A stretch of 64,000 nt of DNA from a virus, in IMG/VR virus record IMGVR_UViG_3300029951_000013, positions 24,896 to 88,895 of that record; one strand, written 5' to 3'. Shown here piece by piece: positions 37,812 to 46,588 of the stretch. The notes beneath the pieces were generated by a model, which worked only from the letters and a program-made list of their open reading frames with translations, did not search any database and was not told the DNA's origin. A program made the position numbers and the translations under genes. The stretch's first letter is position 1. Each line of letters begins with the position of its first letter.

Positions 37812-38780
37812 ATGGGGATCTACGGTGCCGACTGGGCCGACTACCAGTCCGCCAGGCCCTCGACCGCCGGACTGGCCTACGGCTTCACGAAGGTCAGTGA
37901 GGGCCTGGGCTACGTCAACCCGGAATGGGCCTCGCAGTACCGCACCGCCGTAGCGGCGGGACTCGTGCCGGGGAAGTACCACTATCCCCACATGGCCAAC
38001 GCGGCCTCGGCCGAAGTCGACTACTTCCTGGCGCACGCCGACGTGCGGCCCGGTGACCTACTGGCTCTGGACTGGGAGGGCAACGGCCCCGGCGAGGCCA
38101 ACGCCGGGCTGCCGGACTCACAGCTGGCCGCCTTCAAGGACGACTGGCTGGCCGAAGCCAAGGCCCGCTGCCCGGAGAACCCGGTGGGCCTGTACTGCGA
38201 CAAGTCCTTCTGGCTGGACATCGATACGACGTCCTACTGCCAGGACTTCCTGTGGATCGCCACCGCCGGCGTGGCCGCCGGCGAGCCCGGCATCCAGTAC
38301 CCCTGGCTGTTCCACCAGTACGGCACCGCCGCCGGAGCGGACGCCGACTACTGCCACCTGCCGTCCGCCGCGGCCCTGCGCGCCTGGGCCGCCACCTTCC
38401 AAGGAGTACCCCCCGTGGCCCAGACCCTGACCCCTGAAGACCTGACCGCCCTCCAGAACCTGATCATGTCCGGGCCCGTCCGGGACAACCAGGCGTTCGC
38501 CGACCTCTACTGGCTCAACAGGGCCCTGGACCCGTCCATCACTTTGTCGGCCGCTGCCGAGGCGACCGGCGTGGGCCAGCAGGTCGTGGCGATCCGCAAG
38601 GTGCTGGCCGGCCAGCAGGCCGCGCAGACTGCCGCGCTGGCCAGGGTCGAGACGGCGCTGGCCGCCCTCCAGGCTGCCGTGGGCGCGGGGGGCACCCTGA
38701 CCGAGGCCCAGGCCACCGCTGCGGCGCAGGCCGGGGCCACCGCTGCTCTCGGCATCCTGGGAAAGGACCTGAGCGCCTGA
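37812..38780 (+). CDS. Endolysin, GH25 muramidase
   Basis: DWADYQ, KVSEG, GKYHY, LDWE, LWIA, FHQY, DAD. Confidence 0.9.
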   Translation: MGIYGADWADYQSARPSTAGLAYGFTKVSEGLGYVNPEWASQYRTAVAAGLVPGKYHYPHMANAASAEVDYFLAHADVRPGDLLALDWEGNGPGEANAGLPDSQLAAFKDDWLAEAKARCPENPVGLYCDKSFWLDIDTTSYCQDFLWIATAGVAAGEPGIQYPWLFHQYGTAAGADADYCHLPSAAALRAWAATFQGVPPVAQTLTPEDLTALQNLIMSGPVRDNQAFADLYWLNRALDPSITLSAAAEATGVGQQVVAIRKVLAGQQAAQTAALARVETALAALQAAVGAGGTLTEAQATAAAQAGATAALGILGKDLSA

Positions 38781-38787
38781 GTCCGGA

Positions 38788-38833
38788 CAGCAAGGAGCCC
38801 TGCCTCATCCCAACCAGGCAGGGCTCCTTGCTG
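38788..38833. terminator. Bidirectional terminator hairpin between convergent genes
   Basis: Perfect 18-bp stem CAGCAAGGAGCCCTGCCT / AGGCAGGGCTCCTTGCTG with 10-nt loop. Confidence 0.8.
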
Positions 38834-38859
38834 ACTGTGTTCCTCGACCAGGGCCGAGC

Positions 38860-39084
38860 CTACTCCTGGAGGAAGCCCGCATGCACGACAAACGAGTTCT
38901 TCGCCTCCCACAGGCTGCGCAGCCCGGCGGTCAGCTCGGGGCCGTCCGGCAGCAGGTCGACCATCTGCTGCGCCAGGTCGTGGCACGGCTTGCTGACCGC
39001 CTGGAGGTGCGGCGGAAGGTGGTCGTAGGCGAACATGCGGCTGAAGTGCTTCGTTCCGGCGTGCCGGTCGGGTGCGATGTCCAT
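38860..39084 (-). CDS. 74-aa helical-hairpin protein, candidate Acb2/Tad1-like signal sponge
   Basis: FAYDHLPPHLQAVSKP..LPDGPELTAGLRSLWEAK; TGATG-coupled. Confidence 0.6.
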   Translation of the reverse strand: MDIAPDRHAGTKHFSRMFAYDHLPPHLQAVSKPCHDLAQQMVDLLPDGPELTAGLRSLWEAKNSFVVHAGFLQE

Positions 39085-39998
39085 CAGGACAGACCCGCCT
39101 TGGATGCAGTGGTCTTGAAGGCGTCCCAGAGGGACTGTGCCGTGACCGGTGTCGGCTCGGGCGTCGGCGGGACCGGCGCGGGCGGTACAGGTGCCGGGGT
39201 AGGCGGAACCACGGCCGGGAACGGCTTGCCGGTGACCGCGGTGTAGTCGGCCGCGAAGGTCACCAGGTTGAGCCCCGCCAGGAAGTCGGGGTCTGCCAGG
39301 TGCTCCGGCCAGATGACGGCGTAGCACTCCTCGACCTCATGGCTCCAGAAGCCGTCGGTGAAGGACGTCTCCTGCGCCCAGGTGATGAACCGCTCGTCCC
39401 CGCCGAGGGCACCGGTGCCCGCCGGGCCGTAGCCGCCGGTGATGACCGAGTGCCCGCCGTCCACCTGGGAGTCGGAGTAGGCCCACGGCTGGCCGTCCTC
39501 GAACTCGGTCTGGTTGGCGTCCAGGACGTTGATCCCGGTCCACACCGAGCCGAAGACGGCTATCGCCGCCTGCACCTCGGCGGCATTGGCGTGGTCGACC
39601 AGGGCGAAGCCGACCGCCTTGACGCCGTCCGGGCCGCCTTCCTTGACCAGGTACTCCAGAGCGGTCTGGATGTCCATGCCGTCGTCCTCGGACGGGAAGT
39701 CCGGGTTCTGGGTCTTGTAGAACTGGAAGACCTGACCCTGGTTCGGGTAGTTCTCGGTGCTCAGCCAGGCGGTGACGAGGCGTCGGACGTTGGCCCAGGT
39801 GACCGCGACGCAGTCGCCGTACTGGTCGTTGCCGAGCATCTGCCAGTCCGCCAGACGGGACAGGTAGTCGGCGGCGGCGGGGTGGGCTGGGACCACGCCG
39901 GTGAGGTGGTCGCCCAGCCGGATGACCGGCGCCCGCTTGGGGGAGCGCCGGCCGTAGTGGCGCTCCACGTTCCGGTGGTTCCGGTGAAAGAGGCTCAT
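39084..39998 (-). CDS. Papain-like (C1-type) cysteine peptidase
   Basis: GNDQYGDCV, DDG, GGHSVITGGY, ITW; Pro-rich tail. Confidence 0.75.
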   Translation of the reverse strand: MSLFHRNHRNVERHYGRRSPKRAPVIRLGDHLTGVVPAHPAAADYLSRLADWQMLGNDQYGDCVAVTWANVRRLVTAWLSTENYPNQGQVFQFYKTQNPDFPSEDDGMDIQTALEYLVKEGGPDGVKAVGFALVDHANAAEVQAAIAVFGSVWTGINVLDANQTEFEDGQPWAYSDSQVDGGHSVITGGYGPAGTGALGGDERFITWAQETSFTDGFWSHEVEECYAVIWPEHLADPDFLAGLNLVTFAADYTAVTGKPFPAVVPPTPAPVPPAPVPPTPEPTPVTAQSLWDAFKTTASKAGLS

Positions 39999-40128
39999 GC
40001 GCGGCACCCTACAGCTGTATCCGACGCGGTCCGCCCCGCGCCGGACGTCACGGTTCGGCCTTCTCGCGGACGAGCGAAGATCCGGAATGCCGCACTATGG
40101 CTGAACAACGGATGGGGAGGCTGAACCG

Positions 40129-40434
40129 GTGGTGGACGCGATCAACGCGGCTCTGGCGGGATACGGGGCAGTGGGCATCTTCTCCGTGGTCGCCATGCTC
40201 GCGGTGCGGTCCCTGTTCAAGCAGATGCAGGAGGACCACGACCAGGAATTGCAGCGGCTGGCCGACGAGAGCGGTCTCAAGCAGCAGCGGGCGGATCGGC
40301 TTGAAGCGGAGCTGGGTAGGCTCAATGAATCGGTGAGGAATGACTACATCAACACGATCGCCCGGACAGCCCAGACCGTGGCCGACGCCCAGCGTGCCGT
40401 TGCGGATGCCATGGCCGCCGTGCGCAGGAGCTGA
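40129..40434 (+). CDS. Membrane protein (TM plus coiled coil), lysis-cassette candidate
   Basis: GGAGG RBS; N-terminal TM. Confidence 0.75.
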   Translation: MVDAINAALAGYGAVGIFSVVAMLAVRSLFKQMQEDHDQELQRLADESGLKQQRADRLEAELGRLNESVRNDYINTIARTAQTVADAQRAVADAMAAVRRS

Positions 40435-40438
40435 TCAC

Positions 40439-40642
40439 ATGGCCAAGAGCAGCCCGGTGGACCAGCTGCTGGCCGAGTCCGAACGGCTGCGCGCCGAACT
40501 CCAGCAGCGGGCTGACGAGTTGCGGCAGACCACGGACGGGGTGGAGGACTTCACCCGGGAATTGACGGACGCAATCAATCAGTTGCGGACAGGGAAGGCT
40601 GTCCCGCCACAGGACGACCGTGAGGGAAGGGCGAAGCCGTGA
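40439..40642 (+). CDS. Small coiled-coil protein
   Basis: AGGAG before ATG (MAKSSPVDQLL). Confidence 0.65.
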   Translation: MAKSSPVDQLLAESERLRAELQQRADELRQTTDGVEDFTRELTDAINQLRTGKAVPPQDDREGRAKP

Positions 40643-41136
40643 GCACCGAACCGGAGCCCGACGCGGCACAGGAGTCCCTGGACCGGCTGGCGGACGCCGC
40701 GCCCCGGATCGTGGAGGAGCTGCACCGGATCGGCCGCGACAGCGGGGAGCAGTTCGTATCGCTGGCGCGGCAGGACGCCGCGACACTGAAGCTGGTCCGC
40801 AGGGTGCGCCGGTTCAACTGGGCCCTGGCCGCGAGCGTCCTCCTGGACATCGCGCTGTCGGTCGCCCTCGCCGTCAGCCTGGTGCAGCTGGACGGCAACA
40901 CCCGCCGGATCAGCACTCTGACGGAGCGGCTGGACATCTCGCAGACGACCACCCGCAAGGACACCCTGTGCCCGCTGTACACCCTGCTGCTCAGCGGCGA
41001 CACAGCGGCGGCCCGGCAGCAGTCGGTGGACAAGGTGCAGTTCGACCACTCCTTCGCGGTGATCTCCGCCGGGTACAAGGCGCTGGGCTGCACTGCGGTG
41101 GTCTCCAAGGCAGTCCCTCCGCCGAAGCTGGGCTGA
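40639..41136 (+). CDS. Membrane protein with central TM
   Basis: GTGA overlap; WALAASVLLDIALSVALAV. Confidence 0.75.
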   Translation: MSTEPEPDAAQESLDRLADAAPRIVEELHRIGRDSGEQFVSLARQDAATLKLVRRVRRFNWALAASVLLDIALSVALAVSLVQLDGNTRRISTLTERLDISQTTTRKDTLCPLYTLLLSGDTAAARQQSVDKVQFDHSFAVISAGYKALGCTAVVSKAVPPPKLG

Positions 41137-41139
41137 CCT

Positions 41140-41598
41140 GTGTCCGAGTGGACGGTCGACACGCTGCGGGAGCACCTGGAGACCGTGCTGTCGGAACGTG
41201 ATCTGCGGCTCCAGCAGCGGTTCGACGCCCAGCAGGCCGCTCTGGACGCGGCGATGATCGCCGCCAAGGAGGCTGTGGCCACCGCCATGACGGCGGCGAA
41301 GGAGGCGACCGCCAAGGCCGAACTGGCGGCGGACAAGCGGTTCGAAGCAGTAAACGAGTTCCGCCAGACATTGACCGACCAGCAGCAGACTTTCATCACC
41401 CGGCCTGAGGCCCTGGCGGCGATCGACCGGAACACCGAACGTACCCAGGACGTGGCCAAGACCGTGCAGACATTGACCGACCGGGTCAATACCCGGGACG
41501 GCCGGAGCGAGGGGCTCAGCTCCGGATGGGCTGTGCTGGCCACGGCGCTGCTCGTCATCGCCGCAGTGGCCGGAGTGATCGGGCACTTCATCCACTGA
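41140..41598 (+). CDS. Coiled-coil protein with C-terminal TM
   Basis: KRFEAVNEFR, terminal hydrophobic helix. Confidence 0.75.
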   Translation: MSEWTVDTLREHLETVLSERDLRLQQRFDAQQAALDAAMIAAKEAVATAMTAAKEATAKAELAADKRFEAVNEFRQTLTDQQQTFITRPEALAAIDRNTERTQDVAKTVQTLTDRVNTRDGRSEGLSSGWAVLATALLVIAAVAGVIGHFIH

Positions 41599-41670
41599 TC
41601 ACAGCACGCCGAGGACGGCCAGCACCGCGAGGATCAGCAGGACGACGATCAGTAGGTAGAGCATGTTCAC
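41599..41670 (-). CDS. 23-aa hydrophobic peptide MNMLYLLIVVLLILAVLAVLGVL
   Basis: GGAGG 5 nt before GTG; entirely hydrophobic; below track cutoff. Confidence 0.55.
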   Translation of the reverse strand: MNMLYLLIVVLLILAVLAVLGVL

Positions 41671-41720
41671 GGGGTCCTCCGCCCGGTAGGATCCCCCGCA
41701 CCTACCCCGGCGCGCCCTGG

Positions 41721-42248
41721 TCACTTGCGGGCGGCCACCATGTGGTCGTGAATCGCCCGGTGGCGGGTCGAAGCCTGCTTGGCGACAACCGGATCCAGGA
41801 TCACGGTCAACTCGTTGTCCTGGAGGCCCTCGCCGCCGCCGGACCAGTTGGTCGAGCCGCTGATCCGCAGGACGCCGTCCACCACGATCTCTTTAAGGTG
41901 CATGATAGCGCCGTGCTCGCTGCGCCCCACCGCGACGTCGGAGTCCGGGTAGGACTCGACCGCGAGGATCTGGCGTTCGTGGGCGCCGCCGGCCTGGCTG
42001 GAGTCGAGGGTGAGCAGCACTCGGACGTGCTCGTCCAGCAGCTTGGACCGTATGGCGTCGGCCAGTTCCTGGTCATCGAACCCGTACATCGCTACGGACA
42101 GGCTGGTCTGGGCGGAGCCGATGAGGGCGACCAGGGCGGCGTGCACCCGGTCCACCGGGCTGTACAGCGTGCGGACGTTGGCCGGATACGCGGCGTCCAG
42201 CGGCTCGGCGAAGTACTGGTCCAGGACGGACAGGTCAGCGAAGGTCAC
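41721..42248 (-). CDS. Single-HKD phospholipase D / Nuc-like protein
   Basis: MHLKEIVVDG..SGSTNWS..DNEL; AMYGFDD. Confidence 0.85.
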   Translation of the reverse strand: MTFADLSVLDQYFAEPLDAAYPANVRTLYSPVDRVHAALVALIGSAQTSLSVAMYGFDDQELADAIRSKLLDEHVRVLLTLDSSQAGGAHERQILAVESYPDSDVAVGRSEHGAIMHLKEIVVDGVLRISGSTNWSGGGEGLQDNELTVILDPVVAKQASTRHRAIHDHMVAARK

Positions 42249-42561
42249 GGCAGGCTCCCGGGTCGGCGGTCGCCGCGAGCGTACGTCCGTCCCGGGAGCC
42301 TGCCGTCCGCTAGGCCCTCCGGCTGCGGTACCGCCGTCGCTGTCCCCGTGATCAGGCGGTAAGCCTCCTGGCCGCAGCAGCCCCGCGCCGGACAGCGGTA
42401 CCGCCGTCGCGCGTGCCCAGGAGGACCAGCATCAGGAAGAGGTCCGTCACAGCGTGCATCATGGTTTCTCCGATTCGTAGAATTACTGGAGTCACCGTAC
42501 GCTACGGACCGCTGACTGGGAGACTTGACGCCGTCTCAACCACTCGACCAGAGGAACCGCC

Positions 42562-42885
42562 GTGCCCCATACGGACTCCGCCCCCGTACTGCTCGCCGCC
42601 TTACAGGCGGCCGGCCTGACCCGCACCGCAGTGGTGCGCGACCTGCGCCTGCCGAGCGAGGTCGGCGTGCACCTGCCGCCCGCCGACTCCGAGGCCCTGA
42701 TGAAGGCCCTGTTCGCCGGGCCCGTGCTGCTCCCCATGGCGCTGGCCGACCTGGGCCTGTGGCCGCGCGGCGGCAGCCTCACCGCACAGGGCTGCTCGGT
42801 GTACCTGACCGACACCGACGGCCTGCGCCTGGCCCGGCTGGTGCGCGAGGCCTTCCACCTGCCGGGGCTGCTCCCGGCCGGGTGA
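42562..42885 (+). CDS. Hypothetical protein (one in-frame TTA codon)
   Basis: AGAGGAA RBS; TTA at 42601. Confidence 0.6.
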   Translation: MPHTDSAPVLLAALQAAGLTRTAVVRDLRLPSEVGVHLPPADSEALMKALFAGPVLLPMALADLGLWPRGGSLTAQGCSVYLTDTDGLRLARLVREAFHLPGLLPAG

Positions 42886-42888
42886 CGG

Positions 42889-43905
42889 CTACCAGTGCAG
42901 AACCTCGCCCGGATAGATCAGGCCCGGATCGGCGCCGATCGTCCGGGCGTTGTCGCGGTACAGCGCCTGCCAGCCGCCGGGGACGCGGTACTCCGCCGCG
43001 ATGCCGGACAGGGTGTCGCCGCGCCGGACAGTGACGGTGTGTCCGGTCGTCCTGGGCACCGGGGCAGGCTTGGACGGCTTCGAGGCCGGACTGGACGTCA
43101 GGCGCACTCCGGCCGGGCGCACGGCGTACCAGCCGCGTCCCTGGGCGTCGTAGGCGACCGTGCGCAGCCTCACCCCGGTGGACGGGTTCTCCGCCACCAC
43201 GACGTCCCCGTGGCCGATGTACAGGGCCACATGGCTGCCGTTCGTGTAGACGATGATGTCCCCGGCGGCCAGGGCGGCGCGCGGCAGGCGGGCGTCGGCG
43301 GACGAAGTGCGGGGCACAGCAACGCCTGCGGCCCGCCAAGCGGCCTGGACGAGGCCGGAGCAGTCGAAGGCTCGTGGCCCTTCGTCACCGTAGCCGTACG
43401 CCGTGCCAACCTGGGCCAGGGCATAGTCCACGGCCCGGCTGGCGGAGACGCTGCGCACGGCCGCTGTCTCCCGGACTGCGGCGTGGACCACCGGGGACGC
43501 CTGGACTACGGCGGGCGCTGAGCCTGCGTCACCCCGGCTGAGTCCGGCGCGCGGTCCGCAGACAGGCCACGCGCCGGGGCCCTGCGCCGACAGTACCCGG
43601 TTGGCGACAGCGATCTGGGCCGATTCCGAAGCCCCGCTGGCGGTGGCGGCGTAGGCCCGGCCACCGTAAGCGTCCCAGGTGGAGGCGGAGAACTGGAGGC
43701 CGCCGTAGTAGCCGTTCCCGGTGTCGGCCGACCAGTTGCCACTGGACTCGCAGGCGGCGACCCGGTCCCAGACCGAGGAGTCGGCGGCACGGGCGGGCAC
43801 CGCGAAGGCGGCGATCCCGGCGGCGCACAGGGCCCCGGCGGTGAGCAGTCGTGCGGTTGTGCGCGGTACGGAAGTGCGTCCTTGGGGCGTGCGAACAGCA
43901 GCCAC
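42889..43905 (-). CDS. Secreted Rpf transglycosylase + NlpC/P60 + LysM protein
   Basis: Signal peptide ending ARA; [27 protein letters not shown]; FDCSGLV, HVALYIG; [18 protein letters not shown]. Confidence 0.92.
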   Translation of the reverse strand: MAAVRTPQGRTSVPRTTARLLTAGALCAAGIAAFAVPARAADSSVWDRVAACESSGNWSADTGNGYYGGLQFSASTWDAYGGRAYAATASGASESAQIAVANRVLSAQGPGAWPVCGPRAGLSRGDAGSAPAVVQASPVVHAAVRETAAVRSVSASRAVDYALAQVGTAYGYGDEGPRAFDCSGLVQAAWRAAGVAVPRTSSADARLPRAALAAGDIIVYTNGSHVALYIGHGDVVVAENPSTGVRLRTVAYDAQGRGWYAVRPAGVRLTSSPASKPSKPAPVPRTTGHTVTVRRGDTLSGIAAEYRVPGGWQALYRDNARTIGADPGLIYPGEVLHW

Positions 43906-43946
43906 AATCGGTCCTTCGGTAGGCGGTCCCCCCGACATGGGGGCGG

Positions 43947-43976
43947 ACGCTACCCACACGATCCACTGCGTTGCAA
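43947..43976 (-). promoter_or_regulatory. Housekeeping-sigma-type promoter of the rpf-like gene
   Basis: TTGCAA-18-TAGCGT. Confidence 0.55.
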
Positions 43977-44063
43977 GGAGTTCTCGATCGGTACCCCATG
44001 CGGAGTCCGGGATTCCGCCATCGGTCGCTGTCAAGGTCGACCGGAGCCGGCTACGGCATCGCC

Positions 44064-44113
44064 GCTGCTCACTGCCCCCTTGGTACCTCCTCGCCGGGGA
44101 GGCAGTGAGCAGC
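44064..44113. terminator. Hairpin ending the ParB/ABC-GNAT/CoA-transferase operon
   Basis: 13-bp arms GCTGCTCACTGCC / GGCAGTGAGCAGC. Confidence 0.65.
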
Positions 44114-44138
44114 AGTGGCCGGAGAGGCAGGGACCAAT

Positions 44139-44831
44139 TCAGATCGTGTACCGCCCACCATCGTTCCGCAGGTTCGCCCGGCGCCACGCGGCGTCCCGGA
44201 ACGGCTCGGCGATGACCTCGCCGCGGTACTCCACCCGGACGCCGTCACCGTCCCGGCCGTAGGTGCCCGGGTCGTCCCAGGGGGTCGCCGCACCGTCCCG
44301 GACGGCGGGCACCACGTCCTCCCCCTCGACCAGCTTCGCCAGCGCCGCGGCCTGCCGGACGACGAAGTGCCCGGGCCCGTCCACGGCCATCGCCTTGAAG
44401 GCCAGCCAGAGCCCGGCCGTGGTGTCGCCGATGTACACCGGGACGTAGCCGACGTGGTCTCCCCAGGCCCGCGCCTGCGCCACGGCATCGAAGGACCGGC
44501 CGTCGAAGTCGTCCCGCAGAGAGACCCAGCGCACCCCGAGCCGCTTGGCCTCCACCGCCGGGTCGATGCCCCAGGAGTCCCAGGTGGCCGCACGTATGTT
44601 GTCCACCACCACGTCGTAGGCGCCGGGCGGCAGCGAGGCCACCTCCAGGGCGTGCCTGGTCATGACCCGTTTCTGCCAGTTGAGCCAGTCCCACAGCAGC
44701 TCGCCGTCGGCGAGGCCCTGCACCGGGTCGGCCCGCTCGCCGACCCACTTCTCCACTTCGTGGCCCTGCTCAGCCAGGAGCATCCCGCAGTAGGCGGGGG
44801 CCAGGTACACCCCGAGTTCGAGGATCTTCAC
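44139..44831 (-). CDS. Family III CoA-transferase-like (CaiB/BaiF) protein, short form
   Basis: [50 protein letters not shown]; GTGA-coupled. Confidence 0.8.
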   Translation of the reverse strand: MKILELGVYLAPAYCGMLLAEQGHEVEKWVGERADPVQGLADGELLWDWLNWQKRVMTRHALEVASLPPGAYDVVVDNIRAATWDSWGIDPAVEAKRLGVRWVSLRDDFDGRSFDAVAQARAWGDHVGYVPVYIGDTTAGLWLAFKAMAVDGPGHFVVRQAAALAKLVEGEDVVPAVRDGAATPWDDPGTYGRDGDGVRVEYRGEVIAEPFRDAAWRRANLRNDGGRYTI

Positions 44832-45922
44832 GGTGCCGCCTTGGGTGCGGTGTACTCGAAGGACCGGGTGGTCAACCGGCGCGGGTTCAACTGCGCGGCA
44901 CGTAGGCCCCGATCCCTGGTGGTGGTCTGGAGCCGCCCGCCTGCGGAGGTGTCCCGCCAGCGCGGCGACTGCTGGTAGTAGTGGATCATCGCCGGGTGGG
45001 CGACCACGTTCCGGTACCGGTAGTTCCGGTCCCACAGGTACTGGCCCAGCCAGTCGTCCAGCCGGCCGCCGATGCCCAGGCCCTGGTAGTCAGGCAGGAC
45101 GACCAGCCGGTGGCCCATCTTGATGTTCCTGGTCTGAGCGTGCGGGAAGTGCCGGTAGCTGGTGAAGGCGACCAGGTCGTCCCCGAGGAAGCCGCCGAAG
45201 CACTTCGCGCCGGTAGCGAGGGACCCGCTCAGATAGTGATGCGGGCGAAACAGGGGCCAGACGGAACGATCGACCTGGTGGACGCGGAGGTCCAGGTGTG
45301 GCCGGGATGGAACCGACCCCCAGGTGAGCGTATCCGTGGGCACCTCGTAGACCCAGTCCGGCTGGAGCCACTCGGCGATGTCGTAGTGGCAGGACACGGC
45401 GACGAACCGGCGCCCGCTGCGCCGCACGGCCTTCTGGACGGTGTGGCTGGCCACCTTGGCCACCTGGCGGTCCACCACCGAGGTGAACTCATCGATCACC
45501 ACCAGGCCGTCGGCCTCGGCGAGTGCCCGGGCTATGTCGGCGCGGAACTGCTCCCCGTTGGACAGGGTCCCGTGCGGCCGGAGCCAGACCGGCACCGAGC
45601 CGAGGCCCACCGAGCCGAGCAGCCCGGTGATGTCCTTGATGCCCATCCCGGCCGGGAAGTCGTCCACCAGGGACCGGTCCGAGGACCAGCGGTGGCCCTG
45701 GCTGTAGGCGTCCGGCCACAGGGCCCGGGCCACCGACGACTTCCCGGAGCCGGACGGGCCGACCACCAGGCCGACCGCCCAATCCCGGTCCTCGACCGGC
45801 AGGTGGACGTCCCAGGAGTTGGTCGCCTTCTCCTCGACCGTGACGTCCATCAGGGAGCTGATCTGGGCCAGCCGGGAGGACCCCCGGACCGGGGAGCTGA
45901 CCTCTACGCGCATCTCGGGCAC
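44828..45922 (-). CDS. ABC-type ATPase fused to GNAT acyltransferase
   Basis: GPSGSGKS, LSNGE, VIDEFTS, SCH; RLVVLPDYQGLGIG. Confidence 0.9.
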   Translation of the reverse strand: MPEMRVEVSSPVRGSSRLAQISSLMDVTVEEKATNSWDVHLPVEDRDWAVGLVVGPSGSGKSSVARALWPDAYSQGHRWSSDRSLVDDFPAGMGIKDITGLLGSVGLGSVPVWLRPHGTLSNGEQFRADIARALAEADGLVVIDEFTSVVDRQVAKVASHTVQKAVRRSGRRFVAVSCHYDIAEWLQPDWVYEVPTDTLTWGSVPSRPHLDLRVHQVDRSVWPLFRPHHYLSGSLATGAKCFGGFLGDDLVAFTSYRHFPHAQTRNIKMGHRLVVLPDYQGLGIGGRLDDWLGQYLWDRNYRYRNVVAHPAMIHYYQQSPRWRDTSAGGRLQTTTRDRGLRAAQLNPRRLTTRSFEYTAPKAAP

Positions 45923-45932
45923 GGCCGCCCCC

Positions 45933-46526
45933 TCAGGTGATCAGAGCGCGGACCCGCAGGCCCTCGGCGGCGAACCGGTCCAGCAGACCGGCCTGCTCGG
46001 CCTCGTCGGCGCAGTCCACCACCAAGGCCCAGGTGCCAGGGACGGCCTCGACCGCGGCGTCGCCGGCGGGAGGCATCGCCTCGTCCTGGCCGAGCAGCTT
46101 GGCCAGGTCCTCGTCCGTGTACCCGGTGCCGTAGAGCACCTGGCCGTCCGAGGCGGCGTCGGCCTCGGCCGCAGCGGTGAGCAGGTCGGCCAGGGCCTGC
46201 TGGTCGTACCCCCCGGCGTCCGAGGTGCGGTTGTCGGCGAGATTTACACGCCGCGCGGTGTCGTCGTCGCACTCGACCAGCTCACAGCGGACGGTGGTGT
46301 GGCGCTCGGCCGCCATGGCCCGCATCGTGTGGTTCCCGGCGAGCACGGTCAGCACCGGCTTCGCCTTGGCGGTGCCGCCCGGCATCCGGCGGACCACCAG
46401 GGAGCGGTACTGGCCGTTGCGGCGGAGCGATTCCCGGATCAGGGCGACGTCGCCGCGCTTGGCGTTTCCGGGGTAGGGCGTCAGATCCTTGATCGGGACG
46501 TCCTCCACCCCCAAGTGAGTGATCAT
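45933..46526 (-). CDS. ParB/Srx N-terminal domain protein
   Basis: LTPYPGNA, ESLRRNGQ, VLAGNHT, LADNR. Confidence 0.85.
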   Translation of the reverse strand: MITHLGVEDVPIKDLTPYPGNAKRGDVALIRESLRRNGQYRSLVVRRMPGGTAKAKPVLTVLAGNHTMRAMAAERHTTVRCELVECDDDTARRVNLADNRTSDAGGYDQQALADLLTAAAEADAASDGQVLYGTGYTDEDLAKLLGQDEAMPPAGDAAVEAVPGTWALVVDCADEAEQAGLLDRFAAEGLRVRALIT

Positions 46527-46588
46527 CGGCTGCTCCCGGCGGTTAACGGCGTTTGAGTGTTCGCGCCATTGTGGGCCCGCCGGGCCGG

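Noticed and set aside
42325-42411. 16-bp direct repeat GCGGTACCGCCGTCGC, plus a 36-aa minus-strand ORF ending its start at about 42462
   Set aside because: Only two GC-rich copies and weak coding evidence; no function can be supported
43906-44060. c-di-AMP (ydaO) riboswitch upstream of the rpf-like gene
   Set aside because: Expected for Streptomyces rpfA, but the conserved GAAUCC..GGAAC and CCCG.CAGCU segments are not recognisable, and the predicted leader is only about 35 nt
44828-45922. ABC transporter
   Set aside because: No permease or binding protein nearby; the ATPase is fused to a GNAT
45933-46526. ParABS plasmid partition system
   Set aside because: Only the ParB N-terminal domain is present, with no HTH; the neighbouring ATPase is ABC-type, not ParA
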